Origin: a virus
Direction: 5' to 3' (one strand)
DNA: 59,558 bases
IMG/VR virus record: IMGVR_UViG_3300045988_091217
Coordinates: 1 to 59,558 of that record
Positions 29,674 through 40,311 of the stretch are shown here, in pieces. The notes under the pieces were generated by a model. It ran no database searches. It was not told the origin of the DNA and was given only the letters and a program-made list of their open reading frames with translations. Within the stretch, counting starts at the first letter, position 1. Each line of letters opens with the position of its first letter. Both the position numbers and the translations under genes were made by a program.

Positions 29674-31257
29674 ATGGCTCAAGTAAATAACGCGGTTATG
29701 CTGCGAACCGATATGGATTTATGGCATCACCGCATTATATCTGGGATTGGTGAGGTTTCTGACGTAAATCTAGGTTTTATCACAAGCGATACAACCACTG
29801 AGTTGCAAGTCTATAACTCACACTTGGTGGAACAAAAACTCGTCAAAGTTGACCTGATTAACTTAGAGGGTATCTCGGTAGCGGAAGCTACTGGGAGGCC
29901 TCCTATAAATTTAGCTCCCTTACGGACTAAAAAGATTATACTTGACGTTTCGCTTTATGGCTCATCAAAGATTGATGGCAAAGCCATTCTGCGTTTTGAA
30001 AACGGCCAAACAGTTACGATTAATTTAAAAGGCTCGCGAGGTTTAATCTGGAACGTTGAACCTAACTGGGATGAGCCTTTGCGTGAAAAGTTCTCTTACA
30101 AAACAGACGTGATTGTTAGTTATAACAAAAACGAACAGCGTAGGGGTTTCATGAGCCAACCCAGACGCGGTTTCTCCTATACAGCAACACCATCTCACGC
30201 GTTATTGAGTACGATGCGTAATGTTTTGTATGCAATGCACAATAGACCAATTTTATGCCCAATTTGGTGGCAACCAATACGTCTTAGAGAAACCTGCCTG
30301 AAGGGTGATTCTCGACTCAAATGCGTAGATTTGAGCGGCGTTGATACACTCCAGCCAAATTCCATGTTGATACTGTGGAACAATCCGTTTGACTATGAAT
30401 TATGTGTGGTTGGTCGTGTCGAAGGTAACGATATAGTGCTGCAAAGCTCAGTGGCGAGAACGTTCTACTCAACAGCCTCCTGTTATCCGTCAGTCGATAT
30501 TCGATTTGACCCGACAATCACATCAACCAGCATGACATCCGCCGTGTCATTTATGGATGTATCCGCCGACCTTATTGGTAAAATGAATTCAATCGGTAGA
30601 CTGGTTGGTGACGAAGCTGGTCTTGAGAAGCTGAACGGCGTTGAAGTTTTGGGTAAACGCCCTAATTGGTCTGAAGAAATCGTTGAACGCTTTCAATCGG
30701 ACGTTACTATCGTTGATTACGGCTTTGGCTCGAAAGCATGGTTCAATCGAGGTTCAACAAGTATGGCTTCCCGTGAGTTGACGTTTGTGTCAAAGAGTAG
30801 GGTTGAGACTGCATGGTGGCGAAGGTTTATTCAGCGTCAGAAAGGCCAGTTGAAATCATTCTACGTCCCAACCGATACAAAAGACCTTATCGTGGCGAAT
30901 GACATCACCGCAACGGTAAACAGTCTTGTTCCTGTCCCAAAAGCTATCGTTGTTGAAGACCATCGCGTGACGGCCATGTTGAGAAATTCGGATAACAGAA
31001 AGTTCTTGAGAATTCGTTCAAAAGGTAAATCCTACTTCTTCACCATCGAGCGTGTTGAGAAATTTGGCGACAACGCAAGAATCTATGTGATGGAAGACAT
31101 CATGACCTCAATTAATAAAGAGGATGTAACCTCCGCTTGTTTTGTCCAACGAATGCGTCTTGCATCCGATGATGTTGAGATTGAACATGTATCGTCTACC
31201 GTTGCGAAAATAAAATTAACCCTCCAACAAGTAAAGGAAATTCAAAATGCAAAATAA
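29674..31257 (+). CDS. distal tail protein (Dit/DUF2460-like by position)
   Basis: 527 aa, preceding a BR0599/DUF2163-like gene. Confidence 0.35.
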   Translation: MAQVNNAVMLRTDMDLWHHRIISGIGEVSDVNLGFITSDTTTELQVYNSHLVEQKLVKVDLINLEGISVAEATGRPPINLAPLRTKKIILDVSLYGSSKIDGKAILRFENGQTVTINLKGSRGLIWNVEPNWDEPLREKFSYKTDVIVSYNKNEQRRGFMSQPRRGFSYTATPSHALLSTMRNVLYAMHNRPILCPIWWQPIRLRETCLKGDSRLKCVDLSGVDTLQPNSMLILWNNPFDYELCVVGRVEGNDIVLQSSVARTFYSTASCYPSVDIRFDPTITSTSMTSAVSFMDVSADLIGKMNSIGRLVGDEAGLEKLNGVEVLGKRPNWSEEIVERFQSDVTIVDYGFGSKAWFNRGSTSMASRELTFVSKSRVETAWWRRFIQRQKGQLKSFYVPTDTKDLIVANDITATVNSLVPVPKAIVVEDHRVTAMLRNSDNRKFLRIRSKGKSYFFTIERVEKFGDNARIYVMEDIMTSINKEDVTSACFVQRMRLASDDVEIEHVSSTVAKIKLTLQQVKEIQNAK

Positions 31258-32083
31258 TTATCATAGTTATGAAACATCCGCTGAGAGCGGTACTCCTGTC
31301 GAACTCTATGACATCGCCTTCACGGGCGGTGTCTGGACGTTCACAACCGACACTGAAGACGTTACGTTTGAGGGTAAGGTGTACAAATCAGTTCCGATTA
31401 AACGCGGTGAGATTGAGGATACTGGGGACACGACAAAGGCCAACTTGGAAATACGAACAGGCCGTAATACGTCGCTGGGTGATGTGTTCAAGGTCACTCC
31501 GCCAAGTGAATCAGTGACGGTCACAATCCGCCAGTATCACGCTGAACTTGGATTTATTGCGCCAGATTTGATGACTGTGGTAGTATGGAAGGGTCGAATC
31601 ACCAATGTAGCATGGGAAAATGACGAGATTGTGTTGATTGGTGAAAGCATCTTCTCGTCATTGATGCGCATTGGCGTAACTCGAAAATTCAGCCGCAGCT
31701 GCTCCCATGCTCTGTATGGTAAAAACTGCGGTGTAAGAAAGGAAGAGTTTTCAGTCACTGAAGTTGCCAGAAGTGTTGTTGGTACAGTCATCACGTTCAA
31801 AAGCGGTAAACCTGATAACTGGTTTGCAGGTGGCTATGTGCAATATAAGAACAGTGAGACAGGTGTGTTGGAACGCCGCCATGTCATTGAATCAACTGGT
31901 TCAACAATCACCTTGAGCATTCCTCCATTGGGGCTTGTTTCGGGCAAGACAGAGGTCACAGCCTTTGCTGGTTGCGACCACGCACATACAACGTGTAAGG
32001 CCAAGTTCAACAATATTATCAACTATGGCGGTCAGCCGTTTATTCCGATTCAAAACCCTTTCCAATACTCAAACATTTACTAA
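31247..32083 (+). CDS. tail hub/baseplate protein (DUF2163 / phage BR0599-like)
   Basis: C-terminus FAGCDHAHTTCKAKFNNIINYGGQPFIP resembles the BR0599 C-terminal motif. AAGGAAATTCAAAATG start. Confidence 0.4.
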   Translation: MQNNYHSYETSAESGTPVELYDIAFTGGVWTFTTDTEDVTFEGKVYKSVPIKRGEIEDTGDTTKANLEIRTGRNTSLGDVFKVTPPSESVTVTIRQYHAELGFIAPDLMTVVVWKGRITNVAWENDEIVLIGESIFSSLMRIGVTRKFSRSCSHALYGKNCGVRKEEFSVTEVARSVVGTVITFKSGKPDNWFAGGYVQYKNSETGVLERRHVIESTGSTITLSIPPLGLVSGKTEVTAFAGCDHAHTTCKAKFNNIINYGGQPFIPIQNPFQYSNIY

Positions 32084-32093
32084 AGGACTTTAA

Positions 32094-32324
32094 ATGCCAT
32101 ATCAATTTATTTACGCGCTGGTGATGATGGTTATTTCGATGGCCATTAGTTATTACTCCGCCAAACGGATGAATAAGGGTAATAACGGCGCATCACCAGC
32201 CAACCCAGACATACCGACCGCCGAAGAGGGTGCGAACATTCCCGTCGTCTTCGGGACGGTACTCATTAAGAATCCGCAAGTAACCGATTATTTTGACCCT
32301 AAAACAGAGGAAATTAAATCATGA
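32094..32324 (+). CDS. small tail-associated protein with N-terminal TM helix
   Basis: 76 aa, AAGGA RBS. Confidence 0.4.
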   Translation: MPYQFIYALVMMVISMAISYYSAKRMNKGNNGASPANPDIPTAEEGANIPVVFGTVLIKNPQVTDYFDPKTEEIKS

Positions 32325-32524
32325 CTATTGTTAAGATTGACGACGTATTGGTGTGTGGTACATGCCATACGGGTGCTAAATATCTCGCCGACCAATACGG
32401 TGTTGATTGGTGGGACTTTCTCCAAAACGGAATTGATGCCTCCAAGCTCGAACATATCGACGACATTAATGTGAAAAACGCTATTGCCGCCGCCAAACAA
32501 CGTGAAATGAAAGAAGGTAAATAA
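32321..32524 (+). CDS. small protein, unknown
   Basis: 67 aa, coupled to its neighbours. Confidence 0.4.
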   Translation: MTIVKIDDVLVCGTCHTGAKYLADQYGVDWWDFLQNGIDASKLEHIDDINVKNAIAAAKQREMKEGK

Positions 32525-35500
32525 TGGGACGCAAAGCAAAAGCCCAGACGATAGGTTACAAATACTCTCTTGGTATGGTGATGACAATCTGTCACGCCCC
32601 TATTGATTTTGTAACAGAACTCATTTTTGGCGAGAAGTCTGCTTGGCAGGGTCAATCTAAAGACAGTCGACTCTATATCAACGAGCATGAGCTTTTTGGT
32701 GGGGATAAAAAGGAAGGTGGTGTTGCTGGTTCGGTAAATATTCATTCGGGTAAACCCGACCAGCAAGTAGACCCATATATCGAGCATTTCCGAGGGGAGA
32801 CCTCCGCACAACGAGGTCTACTCACTATGGTATTTGGCGACGAAGGCTATGTGCCAGATAGCGACTATCGGACTATTGATTGGGATAAAAGTACAATCAG
32901 CGAGAAGATGTATCAGGGAATCAGTAAATCAATCGCTGAACATCTTAAGCGAATCACTAAAGGCGGTAACTATCGTCCAGATGATTCGGCTAGGGTCAAC
33001 CAAGCCCTGCAAGCATTAAAGATTATCGCTGGCAAAGAAAATAGCGAACTCACAGATGCTCTGCTGCTTGCTTATCTTAAAGAAATCTCAGCAGGTAACC
33101 GTACTGGTTACGCATTTGAGGACACTGGTAAAGACGGTAGAAACTGGAACAGACCAGAGCGTAGATTGGGTGCAATTCCTCAGTTGAGGGAGAAATACAA
33201 GACCAACCGCGGTGTTGCTATGGCGTACACCAAAGCTATTTTTATTGATAGTGTCGCAGGCTTGTATGAGCATGGCAGTTGGCGTGAAAACGGTGAACAC
33301 ACTGTTCGATTCCCAGCGGATGAGTTCTTTGGACAAGAAGTTCGTGTAAAACTCAAAACCATGCCTGAATATACCAGACCGTTCTATTGGGGAACTAGCC
33401 CTTATTTCAAATCCACATGGGTTCGTGTGCAAGCAATCAACAGTGGCTGGACTCACGGTCTTTGGTATCCTGAAAAAGCTACAATCGATGGCGGTTTCGT
33501 TGAATATTCCAAAGGTGGCAAAAAAGCAACCTTCCCTGTTCTGGATATGAACCCTGCTCATATCCTATACAAAACATTAACCAATGACGACTGGGGTATG
33601 GGTTATCACCCTTCGGATATTGACGAAGAGAGTTTCCGCAAAGCTGCTGACAAGCTGTATGATGAGAAGTTCGGGATGTCGATTATTTGGGATAGCGCGA
33701 AAACAATCGAAGATTTCAATGGTGAAATCTTGGATACTATTGACGGCGTTATCCGCGTCAACGTAATCACTGGCCGATTTGAATTGTTGCTCATTCGAAA
33801 CGACTATGCAATAAGCGAGCTTCCTGTATTGGACGAAAGCTCCATCGTGGAAATAAGCCGCTTCGAACGCTCCTCTTGGGGTGATGGCGCAAATGAAATT
33901 GTACTCACATACAAAGACCGTAATGAATCCGACGTTGTTCTTGTGAAACAGAACTTAGCCGCGATTGAAATCCAACGTGGCGTAATTTCAGCATCGCAAA
34001 CTTACAAGGGCGTGCATACCAAGCATATTGCCGAGTTGATTGCTGAGCGTGAGTTGAAATTGACAAGTTCTTCAATCGCGAAAATGTCGATTAAGATTAA
34101 CCGTCTGAACTACCTGCTCCAAAACGGCGATGTGTTCGTCCTGAAGTGGAAGAATTTGGGCATTAAGTCGATGGTTTGTCGAGTAGGCTCAATCGTCCGT
34201 GGTGAGTTCGACGACGGCATTATTGAGGTTGAGGCTGTTGAAGATATATTCGGTATCACCAAGTCTTCGTATGAAGTTATTGGTGACGATGTTTCACCCG
34301 AAGAAGATTTGAACCGAGTTGTTCTTACCGCCGAACCAATCAAGACAATGCGCGTTATGGAAGCGTCGTATCATGACTTGCAAACCGTAACGCCTGCCGA
34401 GAATCTCAACAGCGTTATTCGACTGGTTGACGGCGGCTCAACATACCCACTGATACTGGCAGAGAAACCATCATTGGCAACAATGAACTATGACCTGTTT
34501 GCGTCTAATGGCGGCAGTGCTTTAAAAAAGGTGGCGGATGACGTTTCTTTTAATCCCACTTTCAGACTAGCGCAAGACGTTGAGCCTACTTTTGAAACCT
34601 TCAGGGTAGATGACTTTAACGGTCAACCTCCTGTTGTTACTGAAGACATGTATATCGTAGTCAATGACGAGTGTATGAGTATTGACGCTATCGAAGATGA
34701 CGGTACGATTCGGGTTAAACGCGGTATTCTTGACACCCTACCAGCGTTCCACGTCTACGGTGATATTGGCTATATTGTGACGGTGAGCAATGTTTCCGAC
34801 CCGAACAACTACGCAGTCGGTTCAACACTGTCATATAAAACGGTAGCGCAGTCGGTAAGCAATTCGACAAGCCTTGATGATTCTAAGGAAGTAACTGCTG
34901 ACCTGATTGGCCGCGCCGCCCGACCTGCACCAGTGAACTCCGTAACAATCAACGAGAATTATTTCCCTGAGCAGGTAAGCCGAAGTAAGCCGATTGAGCT
35001 TTCATGGAATACACGAAATCGCAAACAGATGATTCCTCAAAACGTGTATTGGGGTAGTGGTTCAGTCACTCCAGAGGAAGGACAAACAACCAGCATTAAG
35101 CTGTTCAACCCTAATATCGAAGGCGATGAAGGCTTGATTCAGGAGGTTAAAAACACCGAAGAAACAAGTCACACATTTATCGCGCCTAAGGGTGAGGTTA
35201 AATTGGAACTTGGCGCATCCGTCCCCGATTTGGTATATCACTATGACTTGTCGAAAAAACCGCTTGTACCGCGCGTGGGTTCTAATACCCAACCAGCAGT
35301 TGTTCATGGCACTGGTGAGGTTGACGGTGCTGTCAAAGGCACAAAAGTGCCAGAGTTAGGTGCAGACCACTGGATTGATTTACCATACGACAATGCGCTG
35401 AATAGCAATACATTCACTGCAATCGCCCGTTTGAAATTCGGCTCAAACAACATCCCTATCTTCACCATCGGGGAAGTTGAGAGTACCACTAAAACGTTGG

Positions 35501-36402
35501 GTTATCAACGGTTTGCCTTTGCAGTGTACGATGGCAAACTGGTATTCTGGGTTGGTGATGAGTCGCCTGTTTATTTCAGCAAGGAATTTGACATAAGCAG
35601 TCACATTGACGATAAATTCCATGATGTAGCGGTGGCTGTCGATATGGTTGAGTATCGTGTTGAAATGTTTGTCGACGGCGAAAGTGTTGCAGTTGCGGAG
35701 AATCCTGTTAAATTCCCATACGACCCTGATGGTGTTGAGAATTTATTCAGTATCACCGACGCGATTCACAACACGATTGATGAAACAGACACCATCTACG
35801 GTGTACAATCAGCACAACTGGTATCGGACTTCATCGAAGTTTTACCTAACACGGCGTATGCGCTTAAATCCGAGATTAATGCCGAACATGAAGACGGTTA
35901 TCTGTTCTACGCAATCTACGACGCAGATAAAACACTCATCGATGAGGTTGTTGCTGTTGAGGACGGTTCGTCAAATTCAGAGGGTTTAATCGAACGGTCA
36001 GCGTCATTCACGACACCAGAAAATGCAAAATACATCAAAGTTGGTTCGAGTTATTTGCAAAATGGTAACGGTCGATTGATGTTTGCCAAGTCGAATGATA
36101 TGCCTGACTATAACCTAAAAGCTGGTGATAAGTGGTTGTATGAATTGCCTGCGACTGGAAAGGCTCACTTGGGTGTTCGTCGTCACTTGGGCGATACCGA
36201 ATATACCGACAGTGACACGGTAATAAATGACTTCCTGCTGTACGGCAAAGTGCTTGAAGCAACTGAGATAAAGGCTATTTCAGAAGCATTCATCCAACGC
36301 CACTGGCCAGAGGTTGTCGGTATTGAGATTGAAACCGAACGGAACAACTTAACATCTTGGCAAAAGTTTAGATGGATTGTTGAAACCGCGCTTTTTGACT
36401 AA
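32524..36402 (+). CDS. host specificity / central tail fiber protein (gpJ-like / GTA host-specificity-like) with C-terminal lectin-like (ConA/LamG-like) region
   Basis: 1292 aa. MGRKAKAQ N-terminus. Size and position match a host-specificity protein. Confidence 0.55.
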   Translation: MGRKAKAQTIGYKYSLGMVMTICHAPIDFVTELIFGEKSAWQGQSKDSRLYINEHELFGGDKKEGGVAGSVNIHSGKPDQQVDPYIEHFRGETSAQRGLLTMVFGDEGYVPDSDYRTIDWDKSTISEKMYQGISKSIAEHLKRITKGGNYRPDDSARVNQALQALKIIAGKENSELTDALLLAYLKEISAGNRTGYAFEDTGKDGRNWNRPERRLGAIPQLREKYKTNRGVAMAYTKAIFIDSVAGLYEHGSWRENGEHTVRFPADEFFGQEVRVKLKTMPEYTRPFYWGTSPYFKSTWVRVQAINSGWTHGLWYPEKATIDGGFVEYSKGGKKATFPVLDMNPAHILYKTLTNDDWGMGYHPSDIDEESFRKAADKLYDEKFGMSIIWDSAKTIEDFNGEILDTIDGVIRVNVITGRFELLLIRNDYAISELPVLDESSIVEISRFERSSWGDGANEIVLTYKDRNESDVVLVKQNLAAIEIQRGVISASQTYKGVHTKHIAELIAERELKLTSSSIAKMSIKINRLNYLLQNGDVFVLKWKNLGIKSMVCRVGSIVRGEFDDGIIEVEAVEDIFGITKSSYEVIGDDVSPEEDLNRVVLTAEPIKTMRVMEASYHDLQTVTPAENLNSVIRLVDGGSTYPLILAEKPSLATMNYDLFASNGGSALKKVADDVSFNPTFRLAQDVEPTFETFRVDDFNGQPPVVTEDMYIVVNDECMSIDAIEDDGTIRVKRGILDTLPAFHVYGDIGYIVTVSNVSDPNNYAVGSTLSYKTVAQSVSNSTSLDDSKEVTADLIGRAARPAPVNSVTINENYFPEQVSRSKPIELSWNTRNRKQMIPQNVYWGSGSVTPEEGQTTSIKLFNPNIEGDEGLIQEVKNTEETSHTFIAPKGEVKLELGASVPDLVYHYDLSKKPLVPRVGSNTQPAVVHGTGEVDGAVKGTKVPELGADHWIDLPYDNALNSNTFTAIARLKFGSNNIPIFTIGEVESTTKTLGYQRFAFAVYDGKLVFWVGDESPVYFSKEFDISSHIDDKFHDVAVAVDMVEYRVEMFVDGESVAVAENPVKFPYDPDGVENLFSITDAIHNTIDETDTIYGVQSAQLVSDFIEVLPNTAYALKSEINAEHEDGYLFYAIYDADKTLIDEVVAVEDGSSNSEGLIERSASFTTPENAKYIKVGSSYLQNGNGRLMFAKSNDMPDYNLKAGDKWLYELPATGKAHLGVRRHLGDTEYTDSDTVINDFLLYGKVLEATEIKAISEAFIQRHWPEVVGIEIETERNNLTSWQKFRWIVETALFD

Positions 36403-36413
36403 AACTAGAACGA

Positions 36414-36459
36414 AACATCTAACCTGTGCTATCATAGTTCGGGTTAGATGTTTTTTTTT
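36414..36459 (+). terminator. rho-independent terminator after the tail fiber gene
   Basis: aacatctaacc ... gggttagatgtt followed by ttttttttc. Confidence 0.75.
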
Positions 36460-36477
36460 CATTAAGGAACTAAATCA

Positions 36478-36894
36478 ATGAAATCTATAAAACAATGGGT
36501 TGTTGTACACTTTGCAACCGAACTCAAAATATTCACAATTTTCATCATGCTCGTAACATTGGGTGTTATGTTGTATGACCGACACATCAATGACACGGTG
36601 ATGCCAAACTTTTACCAAGTGAGCAAGGATGACTGGTGGTTCTGGTTCATAGCGAACCTTTCAGGTGTTATTGTTAATATAACCCTGCTAATAAATACCA
36701 AGTGCATTAAATGCAGATTGCTTAGTGATTTAATGTTACAATTATCGGGGTTTCTGATATTACTAATGGGCTGGGCATTTCTCGCAGTGTACCCACCCCT
36801 GAATGGGTTCATGGTTGCCTATCCTATCTGGGGTATCCTGATTATTGTTGCAGGTCGTCACATGGGGAAACGTAACCGTCAACAATTAGGATAA
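36478..36894 (+). CDS. membrane protein (about 4 TM); holin candidate
   Basis: Hydrophobic segments. Lies next to the lysis genes. Confidence 0.35.
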   Translation: MKSIKQWVVVHFATELKIFTIFIMLVTLGVMLYDRHINDTVMPNFYQVSKDDWWFWFIANLSGVIVNITLLINTKCIKCRLLSDLMLQLSGFLILLMGWAFLAVYPPLNGFMVAYPIWGILIIVAGRHMGKRNRQQLG

Positions 36895-36898
36895 TAAA

Positions 36899-37255
36899 AT
36901 GTGGAACGACATACTCAGCTTAAATACAATAGTAGGCATGGGGGCAGCAGCAATCGCCGTACTTTTAGGGGTTTCCATTAAAGAAGTCGGGTATCGAGTT
37001 TATATCTTGGTGCTTATCAGCGCGGTTCTCAGCACCGCCGCTGTGATTGAGACTTGGATGGGAAATAGCACAGTAATGAAATCAGCAACAGTTGGATGGG
37101 TTATCGGCTATATCGCGGACGACGTTCTTCTGACAATTAATGCCTTGTTGCCTGATTTTGTAAAAGACCTAGTTGATACCATTACCAACGGCATTAAACG
37201 CAAGCTGGGAAAATGGTTTGGTGTTGACGAAAATGACAAAGACGGATACAATTAA
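36899..37255 (+). CDS. membrane protein (2-3 TM); holin/antiholin candidate
   Basis: Hydrophobic segments. Confidence 0.35.
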   Translation: MWNDILSLNTIVGMGAAAIAVLLGVSIKEVGYRVYILVLISAVLSTAAVIETWMGNSTVMKSATVGWVIGYIADDVLLTINALLPDFVKDLVDTITNGIKRKLGKWFGVDENDKDGYN

Positions 37256-37297
37256 ATATACCTAAAGACGGTATATTTTCCTTTGTTTGAGTGGGTT

Positions 37298-37338
37298 AAA
37301 CCCCTCCGATTTAAAAGTCGGAGGGGTTATTTTTATTT
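37298..37338. terminator. bidirectional terminator between convergent blocks
   Basis: aaacccctccga ... tcggaggggtt followed by atttttattt. Lies between gene ends at 37255 (+) and 37333 (-). Confidence 0.7.
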
Positions 37339-37638
37339 GTCGCCAGCGGCAACAGCAGCTTCAATTTTCGGAGCAAACATACTGGAGACAGTGCATTTGA
37401 TGCGTGGACAATCCTTGCGGTCAACAATATCGCCAGTTTGCGGATTAATGCCCTTGCCGCCTTTTCGCATGGTTGCTTTCATGCGGCAAATATCACCAAT
37501 CAGCACGGTCTTACCAGTCAACAGGGCTTCATCCAAAGTCTTGACGAAACTGTTGTATTGGGCGGTAGCTTCGGCCTTGCTCACATTGCCGTTCTTCATC
37601 AACATAGCGATGAAGTTTTCTTTATTTACGTTCTTCAT
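37333..37638 (-). CDS. HU/IHF-family DNA-binding protein
   Basis: GKGINPQTGDIVDRKDCPRIKCTVSSMFAPK matches the HU arm region (R.GRNP.TG..I.I.A...P.F). AAGGA RBS. Confidence 0.6.
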   Translation of the reverse strand: MKNVNKENFIAMLMKNGNVSKAEATAQYNSFVKTLDEALLTGKTVLIGDICRMKATMRKGGKGINPQTGDIVDRKDCPRIKCTVSSMFAPKIEAAVAAGDK

Positions 37639-37927
37639 TTAGTTTATCCTTAAGTGTGTTGTAAACATTAACAAGTGCGTCTTTCGACGCGGAACACCCA
37701 TTATACTTGGTAATGGTGTCAAATTGCCATAAATAATTAGCTTTTGCGCTCAAATCTGTAATTTCTTCTAGTTTAGCGCACGGAGCAGCCAAATTACTTG
37801 GTAACGGCGGAAGTGTTAGGTGTGAGATAACGGCTTCGGATTTTGTCATTGAGCAGGCCGATGCCAGTAAGCTCGTGGCAATTACCATTAACATAAACAC
37901 CCGTTGTGAGCAATTTTGCAACTTCAT
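37622..37927 (-). CDS. o-spanin (Rz1-like outer-membrane lipoprotein)
   Basis: Signal peptide plus lipobox LLASAC, proline-rich LPPLPSNLAAP. Overlaps the 3' part of the i-spanin gene out of frame. Confidence 0.6.
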   Translation of the reverse strand: MKLQNCSQRVFMLMVIATSLLASACSMTKSEAVISHLTLPPLPSNLAAPCAKLEEITDLSAKANYLWQFDTITKYNGCSASKDALVNVYNTLKDKLNEERK

Positions 37928-38186
37928 TTCGCTGTATCCTTTCTTCACTGATTGATTGCATGATGTATTCGTTGTGCTTGTCAAACTCGACGCTCAGTTG
38001 CGCTGAGACCTGCTCAGAGAGCTTTTTGGTGTCGGACAATACCTTTGCCATAGCATCGGCCTTACCCTTCGTATACGACGCTTCTACGAGCCTTTCTACG
38101 CGATATTTCTCAATCACGCCACCGATACACAGAACAAGGATGACCGCGAGGACGATTCCGATAGGTTTTGTGAGGTATTTCATCAT
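37794..38186 (-). CDS. i-spanin (Rz-like)
   Basis: N-terminal TM IGIVLAVILVLCIGGVI followed by a coiled-coil. ATGA overlap with the endolysin stop. Confidence 0.6.
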   Translation of the reverse strand: MMKYLTKPIGIVLAVILVLCIGGVIEKYRVERLVEASYTKGKADAMAKVLSDTKKLSEQVSAQLSVEFDKHNEYIMQSISEERIQRNEVAKLLTTGVYVNGNCHELTGIGLLNDKIRSRYLTPNTSAVTK

Positions 38187-38947
38187 TTCATTGCCTCCGC
38201 CAATTTAACGTGATAATGGTTCTTCTCATATCCTGCACCGTTATATGCACGGGCAAACGAGCGGCACTTCTCTGGGTCGGTAGAGAGCATGTTGTAGGCA
38301 GGCAGAATCTTGGCCACGTTCAGGATGTAATTCACCAGCAGTTCGTATTGAGCCATCTCGCTACGGCTACACGCGTGCAACATCTCGATTGGATGGTTGT
38401 AGCCGCATTGCGCATAGTATTCGCCCATGACTTGAAACTTACCAATGGATACACTCATCAACGCAGCTAGTGGGTCTTTGCCGATTGCCAGTGAAAGTTT
38501 CTCCCAACTGTCGTTGATGCCGTTGTTGTTCGCATCCATGGTGTAGTCACCAGCCAGAGGGTTGGCGTACCACGCCTTCACGCGGTTGGCCGCATTGCGA
38601 ACATGTTTCCAGAACTTATGGCGTTCGTAGAGGATTTTCGGCAAGCCGCTGTTAAACCAACCACTACCAGCACTTTCAACTTTGGCAATAGCCTTAATGC
38701 GCTTGTCATTTACGTCACCGAGACGGCGAACCAATGACTTCATTTCGTCTTCAGTGATTGCTTTTGCGTTACGGCAGGTCATGGCTGAAATGAATTCGGC
38801 GCGTGAGGATGTTCCCCAGACACCATCGACCTCCAGATTAGTGCCGCAGTTCACGTTCAACCATGCCTGAATCCACGCAACATCCATATCGCGTGCCATC
38901 GCGCGTTGGTTAACGCTCAACAGCGGCGTTTTGTAAGTATTATCCAT
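38183..38947 (-). CDS. endolysin: N-terminal peptidoglycan-binding domain plus muramidase-like catalytic domain (DUF3380-like)
   Basis: PG_binding_1-like WIQAWLNVNCGTNLEVDGVWGTSSRAEF. Lies upstream of the spanins. Confidence 0.6.
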   Translation of the reverse strand: MDNTYKTPLLSVNQRAMARDMDVAWIQAWLNVNCGTNLEVDGVWGTSSRAEFISAMTCRNAKAITEDEMKSLVRRLGDVNDKRIKAIAKVESAGSGWFNSGLPKILYERHKFWKHVRNAANRVKAWYANPLAGDYTMDANNNGINDSWEKLSLAIGKDPLAALMSVSIGKFQVMGEYYAQCGYNHPIEMLHACSRSEMAQYELLVNYILNVAKILPAYNMLSTDPEKCRSFARAYNGAGYEKNHYHVKLAEAMK

Positions 38948-38957
38948 ATTGAGTATC

Positions 38958-38999
38958 CTTTTATAAAAGAACCCTCAGTTTACCGCGAAACTGAGGGTT
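38958..38999 (-). terminator. rho-independent terminator between nrdB and the lysis genes
   Basis: Minus strand: aaaccctcag tttcgcggtaaa ctgagggtt cttttat. Confidence 0.6.
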
Positions 39000-39005
39000 T
39001 ATCAA

Positions 39006-40118
39006 TTACAGGTCGAAATCAGCCAAGTCTTTGCTATCTACGGACGCGTCGACTTGCCCAATCAGGTACGATGAGATTTCAACCTCCTGCGGCGCAACCT
39101 GCACGTTGTCGGATGACAGCCATGCGTTAATCCATGAGATTGGATTCTGCGTTGATTTCGGGAACAGCATATCAAGGCCGATAGCACGCATGCGCTGGTT
39201 GGTGATGAATTCAACGTAATTGTTCAGGATGTCTTTATTCAGACCCAGCATAGAGCCGTCTTTGAACAAATAGTCAGCCCATTCTTTTTCCTGTTCGACG
39301 GCGGTTTCAAAGATTTTCACGATTTCGTCTTTGTTTTCAATCCAGATTTCCGCCATTTCAGGGTCATCTTCGCCAGTTCGCCAGTAGTTGAGGATGGTCT
39401 GAGTAACAGACAGGTGTAACGCCTCGTCACGGGCAATGAGCTTGATAATCTTAGCGTTACCCTCCATCAACTCGCGCTCGGCGAAAGCAAACGAGCAGGC
39501 AAACGAAACGTAGAAGCGGATGGCTTCCAACACGTTCACGCAGACCATACACAGCATCAAACGGCGTTTGAGTTCTTTGCGGTCATACTCCATGCCCATG
39601 TGCATACGCATTGAGTATTGAATCAGGTCATCATAGTAATCGCCGATGGCCGTTGCGCGGCGCATAATTGCATCGTTGACCATGATGTCATCCAACACTG
39701 TTGATGGGTTTGGATACACGTTTCGGATGATGTGTGTGTAGCTGCGAGAGTGGATGCCTTCGAAAAATTGCCATGCGTTGATAAACTCTTCGATTTCAGG
39801 TAGCGAGGTCAAAGGCAGGAAGGCTACCGACGGACTGCGGCCTTGAATCGAATCGAGAAGGGTTTGGTATTTCAGGTTACTGGTGAAGATATGCTTCTCG
39901 GCATCGCTGAGTTTGCCAAAGTCAATACGGTCGCGCGACAAGTCAATTTCGTCAGGTCGCCAGAAGAAGCTGATTTGTTTTTCATACATCTTGTCGAAAA
40001 ACTCATACTTCTGTTTGTCATAACGCTGTACGTTGATGTTGTTGCCGAGAAACATCGGCTCGGTTGTAGCGTCGTTTACCATTTTCGGGAAAATGGAGTA
40101 TTGGTTATTGGAATTCAC
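39006..40118 (-). CDS. nrdB: class Ia ribonucleotide reductase beta subunit
   Basis: [31 protein letters not shown] and [24 protein letters not shown] are near-identical to E. coli NrdB over long stretches. No nrdA is present in the window. Confidence 0.9.
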   Translation of the reverse strand: MNSNNQYSIFPKMVNDATTEPMFLGNNINVQRYDKQKYEFFDKMYEKQISFFWRPDEIDLSRDRIDFGKLSDAEKHIFTSNLKYQTLLDSIQGRSPSVAFLPLTSLPEIEEFINAWQFFEGIHSRSYTHIIRNVYPNPSTVLDDIMVNDAIMRRATAIGDYYDDLIQYSMRMHMGMEYDRKELKRRLMLCMVCVNVLEAIRFYVSFACSFAFAERELMEGNAKIIKLIARDEALHLSVTQTILNYWRTGEDDPEMAEIWIENKDEIVKIFETAVEQEKEWADYLFKDGSMLGLNKDILNNYVEFITNQRMRAIGLDMLFPKSTQNPISWINAWLSSDNVQVAPQEVEISSYLIGQVDASVDSKDLADFDL

Positions 40119-40311
40119 GGGAAAGACCTTTCTTTTTATTACGAAGGCGTTGTTTGCGTTTCATGGCCATGTTGTACGCCCGTTGGCAATCATGGCATCG
40201 GTAAAGGTATTGAATACCGCTCGCATAGTTTTCATTTCTGCGGTATGGGAAATTATCTTTGTTGAGTGGGTATTCAACACCGCAATTCTTGCATACACGG
40301 AATTTATCCAT
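40105..40311 (-). CDS. small zinc-ribbon protein
   Basis: CKNCG ... CHDCQ. Confidence 0.45.
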   Translation of the reverse strand: MDKFRVCKNCGVEYPLNKDNFPYRRNENYASGIQYLYRCHDCQRAYNMAMKRKQRLRNKKKGLSREFQ

